A stretch of 64,000 nt of DNA from Guillardia theta CCMP2712. Its lineage: Eukaryota; Protista; Cryptophyta. Both the position numbers and the translations under genes were made by a program. Below the pieces are notes generated by a model. The model was not told the DNA's origin. It saw only the letters and a program-made list of their open reading frames with translations, and did not search any database. Numbering within the stretch: the stretch's first letter is position 1; each line of letters opens with the position of its first letter. The DNA is taken from assembly GCF_000315625.1 (NCBI RefSeq), contig NW_005434646.1:186001-250000 (forward strand), in the 5' to 3' direction. Of this stretch, positions 54,432-64,000 are shown piece after piece.

Positions 54432-56545
54432 ATGGGAGCGACAGTGATCAAGGCGGCGCAAGCCGTGGGGATAGAGGAGAAGCCAGAGCAGAAGAAGCCG
54501 GTAAGTAAGCATGCGATTGATGTCGGCGAGAGATGTCCTGTAGCTTGCTGCTCGATGCTGCGATTGCAGCGGAAGAGCATTGACTGCAGTTGAAATGATG
54601 GTGGAGAGGTTGTATCGGTGATTCATGCTGCGGTGTCTCAATTTCTAGCACTTTGAGGATGAGCCATGGAAATGATATCCTCATGTTCATTGTTAGTCGT
54701 GATATGTCCCAATTCTCTCCTCCCAAACTGTACTTTGTTCCATCTTGTTCCATTTGATTGTGATTGGCGAACACATGGCTGTGTCGATGTGTGAGTACTT
54801 GGAAGTTCAAGCTGGTGTTAACAAAGTTTTCGTTCCAGGTTCTGCCAGGAGAGGTTGAAAAGTCCATCGCCCTTGGTCGCTCTGCATTGATTCGCAATCA
54901 GAAGAAAGCAGCCATCAACCTGTGAGTCGGAACTCTCACTCCATTGAATCGACATGCTCACTTGCTATGCTCTAGCGCCCGCATATCCAAGGACAGTGAC
55001 CGAGTGAGAAATCACATCGTGGATGAAGGCGGCCTCGGACCACTGATACAGATGACGCACTCCAAGTCATTGGAAGTACAAACATGCGCAGTGAAGACTC
55101 TGGCAGAGGTTGTTTGACTCGGTGGATGGGATTTCATGACTGACCTCGTGCCCGCCCAGCTCGCCAAGACGAGTAACAACAGGCAGAAGATGCTTGAAAA
55201 TGGAGCGATACTTCCCCTGTTGGAAGGTCTGAAGCACAAATCCTACGAAGTCCGAGGGGTACTCCAACACAATCTTGCCATCACTTGCTCTCCCTGATTC
55301 CCTGTTCCGCAGGCTGCGGTTGCAGGGTTAGGGCAGATTGGCAGGTTGGAAGAAGCGAGGTTCCGCGTCATTGCAGAAGGAGCGACACAGGGGTGAGGGT
55401 GTGTGTCGGATCTGAGCCTCTCTCATAGCTGCCCAGGATCGTCAAGTTCTTGCTTGAGGGGGACAAGGACAATTCTTTGGAAGACGAGATCATGTGTCTG
55501 GAGACAATCTACCAACTGTCACAGCATCCCAAGAATCACACTCGAATGGTGAAGGACAACATCTTGCCAGCGCTGTTCGACGTGGTGCACTCGTCGTTGA
55601 AGTCAAACAAGCACAAGACGTTGGCCATGAAGACCATCTCCGAGCTCTGCAAACATGAGGGTAACCACAAAAAGATCATGGACTTCGATCAGCAGAGCGG
55701 GATCAAACGCATCATCAAGTTGTGCGAATATTACCATGATGCTGTCCGTATCTATGCGGCGAAATCTGTGGAGTTCCTTGCTGTCAACCCTTTCTTGGTG
55801 CAGAAACTGACAGAAGAAGGGGTGAGGACTTTGCATTTTTGTGCTTCCTTGGAGAGCCTCACCCGCAAATATCGTTACAGGTCTTGGATCCTTTGAAAGA
55901 CATGATCAAGTCTGATAAGCAGAACGTCGTGGCTGCAGCAGTGCACGCTCTTTGTGCGTTAGCAAGAGATTCTCAGAACCAGGTCCTCATCGCGCGGAAG
56001 AATTTAATTCCTCATCTTCTCAAGAAAGCAAACTGCGGGGTAGACGAGATCGAACAGGGGATTACTCTCACCCTCGCACTCTTGGCGCAATCCAACATCA
56101 ACCGGCCCAAGATCATGTTCCATGGAGGTTTCAAGCCTCTGATCTACAATGCACAATATGGGTCCGCCTCATTGCTTGTATGCGAATCATATTTGAACCG
56201 ACCTCTGCAGGAAGACGGACGAAGTGCGGAAGCGATCTCAAAGCGTGCTGACGTCTCTCTTCAAGCTGCCGGGAGCCAAGAGAGACGAGCTCGTGCGTCG
56301 AGCTGCCAACAAGTTCAAAGAGGGACTGAAGATGCGCCGTAGTAAGAGCTGACCTGTCTTGCACCTTCCATCTCCCTGATGCACACTTACCAGCAAGCCT
56401 TGTCAGCAAAGAAGAGTACAGGGAATCCAAGGCCGTGCAGGTTTTCCCTCGAGAGGAAGGGGAGCTGGTCACTGACTCATTGCAGGCATCTCAACTTATC
56501 TTTGGACAAGGAGGAAATGACGAGGATTCGTCGGACGAGGATTGA
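54432..56545 (+). CDS. Armadillo-repeat protein (Vac8-like architecture), multi-exon
   Basis: ARM repeats IVDEGGLGPLIQM, NRQKMLENGAILPLL and NRPKIMFHGGFKPLI. The deduced start MGATVIK..ARCCDCS suggests acylation. Acidic C-terminus. Confidence 0.75.
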
Positions 56546-56633
56546 GGGTTCGAATGATGCTCAATGTACCGCTAGTCTCAACTGTAACTGTAGTATTCTT
56601 TTTTGTTTGTTTTTTCTTTCGACTTTATTCATG

Positions 56634-58495
56634 TCATGTCCGGATCTGCTGACTATCAGGCATCAATGCCTCGTTGTGCAGCTTTACGAGGTCGTGCATG
56701 AAAGATCTGGTATTATGCACTGTGTTGCTCCCAAGAATCACCTGCATCCCCCGACCCTGCTGCTCCTTGTTGAACTCAGCCACGCAGCGGGCCTCTGCGT
56801 AACTCGTCCCTCCCACCATGAACACGATGAGGTTCTGTGGCCGCACGGCCGCGGTCTTCTGCTGCCCCAGGATCTTGAACTCGTTTTCCCTTAGAGCATT
56901 CAGGCCCGCAAGTTTGATGGCAGACAGCCGGGCCTGGAGCAGAGGTTCGTACCTCATGAGCACGTTGGAGACGCCCTTCAGCCCCTCCATCTGCTTCCTC
57001 ACGATCGTCTTCGCTGCACCCACGACCGTGTTCTTATTGAAGATGTCGCTGCCTCTCACCGCTACCCCCGCGTACTTTCGTAGGAGGCCAACGGTTCTCA
57101 GCAGCGCATCGTCGATGCCGCAGTCCTTCAAACTTCGTTCCAGGAACCGGATCTCCCTCTCCCCCTCCAGCTGGTATCGCAAGGAGTACAGCAGCACGAG
57201 TCGCAGCTTGTCTTCAAGGGGAACGTTGTTGTCTTCCACAAACGTCTCGACGCGGTTGAAAGCCTCCGTCAGGTTTTCGTTGCACGCGAGCTCCTGCTCC
57301 AGCTCTGACATGTCGAACAAGTTCCGCTCTGAGGTCACTCTGCTCAGTGCTGACGTCAGCGTCACGTGCTTCGCCACCATCCCCTCCTGCCTCTTGAACT
57401 CAGGGTAGTTCTCCATGAACCTCTGAATGTCCTCGATGCTCTGCAGTTTTGACCTTCCGGCGCCCGACGCTATGCTGCTCCCTTCGTGCTTTTGAAACTC
57501 ATCTACCACCTCCTTCAACGCTGATCCAAGCTCACCGAACACCATGTGCTGAGTTGCACGATAAAACTCGTCGTCTTGCACGTTCAACACCACCTCTTGC
57601 TGCATCATCGTCAGCACAACAAACCTCGTCGGAGGGATGTGACCGCACCTCTTTCGAGCTCGAAGCTTTCGCAACGTCCACTCGGTTGTTGGTGATCCCC
57701 AGGTTCTCGTGGATCATCGCCGTGTATGTCCAGTGGTTGAGCAGAGGCGTGACGGGATCGTCCCGTCGATCAAGGATTAGCAGCGCCGTGTTCGACTTGT
57801 TGTTGTTTCCAAAGTGAAACAAGTCGAAGTCGGAGGTGTTGTTGCCTGTTGACACTCGATCCTCTATCTCCTCGGCTATCCTCTGCGCAATCATGCTGTT
57901 CTTCTGGTACACTATGGTAGGATTCTGCTTTAGCGCCAGGAGCACTGAGATCAGCCCGTCGCAGATCCGGTCGAAGAGCTGGTGGTTCCAGGAGGGAGCC
58001 TCGAGGGGCATGCAGGAGGGCTCGTTGAGCACGAAGAGGTCGGGCGATAGAGGGAAGAAGTCCATGTAGATCTCCTGCACCTGCCTGACAACCTGCATGG
58101 CAGGGTCAGCGAGGTCTTGGTAGCCGAGGCTGCCGCACCTGACGCACATCCGCCTTGGCAAGCTCCTGGATCTGATGGTCTTGGACGGTGTTGGTGAAGA
58201 ACAGGTGGTACTCGTCGAACTTTGCCTCTCCCAACTCTCGCACGAGCGCCTTCATGTTGTCAGATGTAGGGCGGAGGATGCAGATAGCCCTGAAGCCGCC
58301 GATGCTCTTCCTCCCCTCGTTGTCGATGCGATCGATGGAGTAGATCTGATACTCCAGCACCTGAGTTTGACTACAGACCAACCCGACCATGCTCATGGTT
58401 TCCTTGTCCAGCAGAAGCGCTTTCATGCCCATTACGCTGCCGATTACCTTGGTCAGGACAAACCATCTCGAAGCCGCAGTCACGTCCAGCGACAT
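56634..58495 (-). CDS. VPS45: Sec1/Munc18 protein VPS45
   Basis: GMKALLLDKET, ICILRPT, YHLFFTN, VQEIYMDF, LLILDRRDDPVTPLLNHWTYTAMIHE, FMENYPEFKR, KHVTL, SELEQELAC and VFMVGGTSYAEA. Confidence 0.95.
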
Positions 58496-58778
58496 TGAGC
58501 TGTTGAGAGGGAATTTAGCGAAATGGCAGCCAGGTCAGGGACACGACAAGACAAACCTGGACGTCGACTTGCTCATCGTTGGCTTGAAATCTCTGATATC
58601 AATCTGTTGGAACGAACTTGCGATCAGAGCTTTTTACAGAATCTTTGACTACCTCTGGAATTTCATCGCCTGCTCTTCTCATTTGCATCACATTCTATCC
58701 TGCTGCTCCTGCTGCTCCTGCTGCTCCTGCTTCTGATCTTCGTGTTCCTGCTCCTTCTCCTGCTCCTGCACCTGTACT

Positions 58779-58811
<33 letters not shown>

Positions 58812-58840
58812 TTTCTCCTGTACTCTCCTGCTCCTTCTCT

Positions 58841-58877
<37 letters not shown>

Positions 58878-59174
58878 CACCTGCATTCATCGCGTCACCT
58901 TCCATGTTTCGCCGAGTTTTCTTCCTACATCCACACCACCTCTCACCTTATATAATTAGTAAATGAAAATATTTCAGCTAAAACTTTATCATAGTAATAT
59001 TAACTCAACTTTTTCTAGAAGTATGAAAAGGGGGGATGGGGGTCATCGTCGCTGTGTGAAGAAAAATGCAGGGAGGCGAGGGGGGAGGACGATGAAGATG
59101 CGAGGAGGCGAGACAGGAGGGAGGACGGAGGAGGGAGGATCTGAACGGAGAAAGAGTGGAGATGATGGTAGAAC

Positions 59175-60215
59175 ATGCTAAAACATCTGTCCATGAGCTC
59201 GGCAAGCACTCGGGTGCTCCTCCTGTTCCTGTACGCACTGCTCTCGTGTGTCACCAGCCTAGGGGAGCAGGAGCTTCTGGGAGGGTCTGCCCACAGCAGA
59301 AGTCAAATTTCAGCTCCCCTCCTTGAGCTGAGGCGTCAAGGAGCCTGCAAGCTGGACTCACGAGCCCTGCGACCGCCAGGGTTGAGAGGAGGGGAAGGGG
59401 TTTCAGTCCTACAGCGTGCCGGGCAGGACAGCACTTCGGATCTCTTCGACAGGTTCTCGTGGAGCATGAATCTCTCCCGCTCGACACTTGATGGGGTCGA
59501 GCATCTCTCAGTTCGGATCCGACAAGCCTGCGTCAACGACGTGGTTCACCTGCACCGCATGAACCTGATCTGCCTGGCTGAGAACTATCACTCTCAGTAC
59601 TTTATCGTCTCGATACTGAGGTGCCCAACGTTGACTTGGATCGCCGAGGTGCTCGAGGAGGACGCTGTGCTAGGGAGATTCTGGAGACCTGTCGGATACG
59701 TGTTCGGGAGGACTCAGCAACCTGAGAATGCGTCTGTCTACGATCTTTTCAGCCATCCGGCAGCGGACAGTGAAGTGGAAGGGCAGATAACTTCGCTTGC
59801 AGTCCTGAAGAAGTACAGGAGTCTACATCTCGGCCGCAAGCTGATCCAGCGCTGCATGACGGCCATGACGGAGTTCTACGACGTGAGGAGGTGCTGCCTG
59901 CATGTCCGGGTGAGCAACAAGGCGGCGATGAAGCTCTACTGCGATGTGTTCAACTTCCAGGTGGAAGGCGTGAGGAGCAGGTAAGGAAGAGGAGCGTGTT
60001 GTTGAGCCGTTGTACCATCTTGTGCGCCCTGCCGTGCATGAATGCTGCTCTAAATGCTGTTTCCTCGCCCTGACGTCTTGTCTGTGGTCAGGTACTACCC
60101 TGACGGAGAAGACGCCTATTTCATGTCGATGGACCTCACTGGATGGATCGCAGAGGAGCACCAGGAGTTTGCTAACCAGCAGCAGTTCATGTCAGAACAT
60201 ACGGCCATAGTATGA
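59175..60215 (+). CDS. Naa10/Ard1-like N-terminal acetyltransferase with signal peptide and LRGG presequence
   Basis: NLICLAENY, VGYV, GQITSLAVLKKYRSLHLGRKLI, LHVRVSNKAAMKLY, and exon 2 YYPDGEDAYFM. The N-terminus contains RVLLLFLYALLSCVTS. Confidence 0.88.
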
Positions 60216-60310
60216 GCTTGTAATCGTATTCTTTCATCTTTCACTGTTTCACATCCATTGCTTTATGTACACCTGATCAACCGGAAACCTCATCCAAGTT
60301 GCTATGCCGA

Positions 60311-61146
60311 TCAGCGAATATCCGGGATGTTGAAGTTTTCTAACAGCTTCTTCGTCCTTGCGTTGATCTCTTGTAACGAAATCGCTGAGATCGGCTGATC
60401 ACTCGCCTGTCCGCGCTCGTCAGTTTGCCGAGCAGACGTTACATCAAGGCCACCTGTCGCGTGCTCGTCATGCCTGAGGGGCCATTGACTGGTTTCGGAG
60501 GAACGTCCTTGCCCGTGAACAAGACACTTTGGTAGTAGATGCCTTTCAGCCCGTTGTCCCACTCTACCTGTCAGAGCCTCCACGTCAATCGGAGGAGGTG
60601 CAATGGAAGCCCGAGCGAGCACCTCGCATGCGAACTTCCCTGGAAGAACTCTGGTGACCGTCCCTCCTATCATCCCTGCAATGGTAGTTCGCCTCAAACC
60701 ACTGACATGTTGGACATCCTCCCCTAGCACCTGTTTGAGAGACCCGCCCAAGATCTTTCCGCAGGTGATGAGTGGAAGCTATGTATTCTTCGAACATACA
60801 CACACGTATTCCTTCATAACGCGCAAGGTCACAGATAGAGTCCCTCTTTCCCCTCTGATGTACCATGACTCAGCTCTCTGCCTCCTTTGCTGGGGTGGAG
60901 ACCTAGTTGCATTCGCTGCCAAAGCATGTCAAGATCCCCAGCACTAACTGATCTCACTCGACCTCCTCACGCTCCTCTCCGATCCTCCCTCCCTCCCTCC
61001 CCTTCCCTCTCCCTCTCTCCCTCCCTCCCTCCCTCCCTCCCTCCCTCCCTCCCTCCCTCCCTCCCTCCCTCCCTCTCTCCCTCCTTCTTCCTGCCCCTCA
61101 AGTTTCCTTCTTCTTCCTCCCTCTTCCTCTTCCGCTCACATGCTCA
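60311..61146 (-). CDS. Hypothetical multi-exon protein
   Basis: Coding-like segments separated by plausible short introns, ending ISLQEINARTKKLLENFNIPDIR*. No motif was recognised. Confidence 0.35.
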
Positions 61147-61528
61147 TCCTTCTTTCCGAACACCGCCGAGGCCAGCGGGCGCGACATTTCGCAAAACCCA
61201 CCCTCGATCGCTCAAGGGTAGTTTGTAGAAGACCACCCTCATCTTGATACCCATAAGTTCATACATACTACCGGTGGACTCGTTCACCCCACCCCTTTTA
61301 TTCGTATCAAAATTGACTAGCGCAACCAAGGAATTTCTCAACAGTACGATCTCCTTACGATCAATTACGAAGGCAACGAGGGTCCAATATAATGAATAAC
61401 TTTTTTAATACCAAAATCGGTTGTGAGAATCTGTTGTTTGCGTGTATCACTGTGTCTACTTTCCCTGCATGCATCTGATGCAGCGAAGTTCATGAATGAA
61501 AGCTGAGGGCTTCAAGATTGCCGTCTGG

Positions 61529-63594
61529 TCAAACCTCAACTTCAACTGCCTTGGGATAGTAAATTCCCTCTGCTGTCTTCCACCTGGAACAAGAGTCAGT
61601 GATCCGGACATGGCAAGGGGGAAGGAGCAGCCAGGCTTACCAGTTGTTTTCGTCTTCAACTTGCTTCCATGCAGTCACCTCCTGCTCCAAATGTNNNNNN
61701 NNNNNNNNNNNNNNNNNNNNNNNNNNNNNNNNNNNNNNNNNNNNNNNNNNNNNNNNNNNNNNNNNNNNNNNNNNNNNNNNNNNNNNNNNNNNNNNNNNNN
61801 NNNNNNNNNNNNNNNNNNNNNNNNNNNNNNNNNNNNNNNNNNNNNNNNNNNNNNNNNNNNNNNNNNNNNNNNNNNNNNNNNNNNNNNNNNNNNNNNNNNN
61901 NNNNNNNNNNNNNNNNNNNNNNNNNNNNNNNNNNNNNNNNNNNNNNNNNNNNNNNNNNNNNNNNNNNNNNNNNNNNNNNNNNNNNNNNNNNNNNNNNNNN
62001 NNNNNNNNNNNNNNNNNNNNNNNNNNNNNNNNNNNNNNNNNNNNNNNNNNNNNNNNNNNNNNNNNNNNNNNNNNNNNNNNNNNNNNNNNNNNNNNNNNNN
62101 NNNNNNNNNNNNNNNNNNNNNNNNNNNNNNNNNNNNNNNNNNNNNNNNNNNNNNNNNNNNNNNNNNNNNNNNNNNNNNNNNNNNNNNNNNNNNNNNNNNN
62201 NNNNNNNNNNNNNNNNNNNNNNNNNNNNNNNNNNNNNNNNNNNNNNNNNNNNNNNNNNNNNNNNNNNNNNNNNNNNNNNNNNNNNNNNNNNNNNNNNNNN
62301 NNNNNNNNNNNNNNNNNNNNNNNNNNNNNNNNNNNNNNNNNNNNNNNNNNNNNNNNNNNNNNNNNNNNNNNNNNNNNNNNNNNNNNNNNNNNNNNNNNNN
62401 NNNNNNNNNNNNNNNNNNNNNNNNNNNNNNNNNNNNNNNNNNNNNNNNNNNNNNNNNNNNNNNNNNNNNNNNNNNNNNNNNNNNNNNNNNNNNNNNNNNN
62501 NNNNNNNNNNNNNNNNNNNNNNNNNNNNACACCAGCAGCACCAGCAGCATCAGCATCACTACCACCACCACAACCTCCACCCCCATCACCACCCCCACTC
62601 ATCATCATCATCATCATCATCATCATCAGCCTACATTCGAGTGCGAGTGAAGATAAGCCCCGGTCGCCTTGTGCTTGAGGCGGAAGCGCTTTCCTGGGAC
62701 GAGCACCGTGAGGAGGCGAAGGTAGTGGAGGGCAAGAGACCTCTCTTCCAATAATCCTCATCTTTCATCTCGACCACCCACTCATCGCCTGAGTCGCCTG
62801 CAGTATCCAACAACAATTACTCGGGCCGCTGGAAGTAGAGCAGCACTACACCTGACGACTTGTCTCCGAACCCGCTCACTTCCTGCTGCTTTGAGAGCGG
62901 CGACTCAAAGAAATGGCTGTGGAGGTTTCGTTTGGTCTGCATGTAACAAAGACATCTCGATTAAACCAGGTGCCAGGGTTTCTCTGAGCTCAAACTCACG
63001 TTCAGATGAGTCAGGCGGATTGTGTCGCCGTTCTTGATCTGTCAGGAGGATCAGGGTGATCAGGGGAACACAACATTTCAGGTTTCAAGGGACGGAGAAA
63101 AGGAAGGAGCTAGTCAAACCTGAGTGCCCTGGGGGCATTGCTTTCCATGTTCACCGCGGACAACCCACAGACTACCACATAAATCAAATGAAACAAGTTT
63201 CCACGTCTCGGTACCTGTTGGGGTCCGCTAAGAAGCTGACGGCCGTCACTGCACAGATTCCGTCACGGCGAGGAGAAGAGAGGAAGGAAAGGGTTTCTTC
63301 GCACCAGATTGTTGACGAGATCCGGATCCGTACGCTACTTCATGCGAGTGCAGCCGGTACCTGTTGAAACTCGCTTAGATGGAGGGCGGAGGCGGAGGAA
63401 GGTTGAACCGACCTTGACTGTACATGCACCAGGTTGATCGCCGATCCACAAGTTACAACCTCGAATTCTTTCGACAAGGATCAGGGAAAGCATCGCCAAA
63501 GAAAGCTTCTAGCGACACCTTGCCCCTCATCGTCGTTGGCTGCCACTGACTTCAGCGCGAGGAGGATACACGCTGCAAGCACGAAACTCCGCAT
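61529..63594 (-). CDS. SDF2: Stromal cell-derived factor 2 (three MIR domains), ER protein; spans an assembly gap
   Basis: Short exons translate to MRSFVLAACILLALKSVAA, VVTCGSAINLVH, YRLHSHEVAYGSGSRQQS, IKNGDTIRLTH, TKRNLHSHFFESPLSKQQE, GDSGDEWVV, FRLKHKATGAYLHSH and EVTAW..NNWWKTAEGIYY. Confidence 0.92.
61695..62528. other. Assembly gap (N run) within SDF2
   Basis: Run of n. Confidence 1.
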
Positions 63595-64000
63595 CTGGCC
63601 ATCCAAGTCAGAGGGTCGGTGTCAAATCATTTGCAGGGTCAATAGACAGAGCCAGCGAGGTGACGTGAAGAGCAGCACATGTCAAATTTAACTCAGGTGT
63701 GCCAACGTAGCATTTCGCTCCCCCACCTCCTGTCCTGTCTTGTCGGCTGCTCTTCGTACACACCCACCTTCTAGCATAGCATCCATATGTCTGCTGTTCT
63801 ATAGTCGATTTGTTTCAAAGACCATTCTCCTGATTTCCTCGACTACTATGAACGACTAGAGAAATATTCTTCTTGCCCTCTCACCCTCACCCTCACTATT
63901 ACCCTCTTTTTCTCCTTCTCTTTAGCAGCAGCAACCTAGAACTTCCTTTGTGACTTCATGATTGATCCTGTTCAGTCAATCCTATCCCCTTCCTCCTCCT

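Noticed and set aside
61496-62761. Long ORFs of 300-380 aa
   Set aside because: Composed mostly of N.

Overview
Gene-dense eukaryotic nuclear DNA with many short (~45-50 nt) spliceosomal introns and introns inflated by microsatellites. The bipartite plastid presequence (signal peptide + AF), flagellar genes and intron style fit a complex-plastid alga, most likely a cryptophyte of the Guillardia type (inference). Recognisable genes: PUS7/TruD, PACRG, COG2, an FkbM-type methyltransferase, a BAR-SH3 protein, SF-assemblin, threonine synthase, a TLDc protein, a secreted Cys-rich LysM protein, a plastid Rieske protein, two ankyrin proteins, phytoene synthase, an armadillo protein, VPS45, a Naa10-like acetyltransferase, and SDF2, which the ORF track only catches in fragments. 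Highlights: (1) several normally cytosolic domain types carry a signal peptide followed by a ubiquitin-like LRGG motif; (2) a decayed Crypton-type tyrosine-recombinase transposon lies between two ~99% identical copies of the LysM gene 5' part; (3) a head-to-head pair of small basic paralogues I cannot assign to a family; (4) a threonine synthase with a spliced C-terminal tail anchor; (5) a purple-bacterial-type CrtB with N-terminal TM helices; (6) two recurring classes of intergenic sequence island. Exon boundaries were deduced by eye and are approximate.
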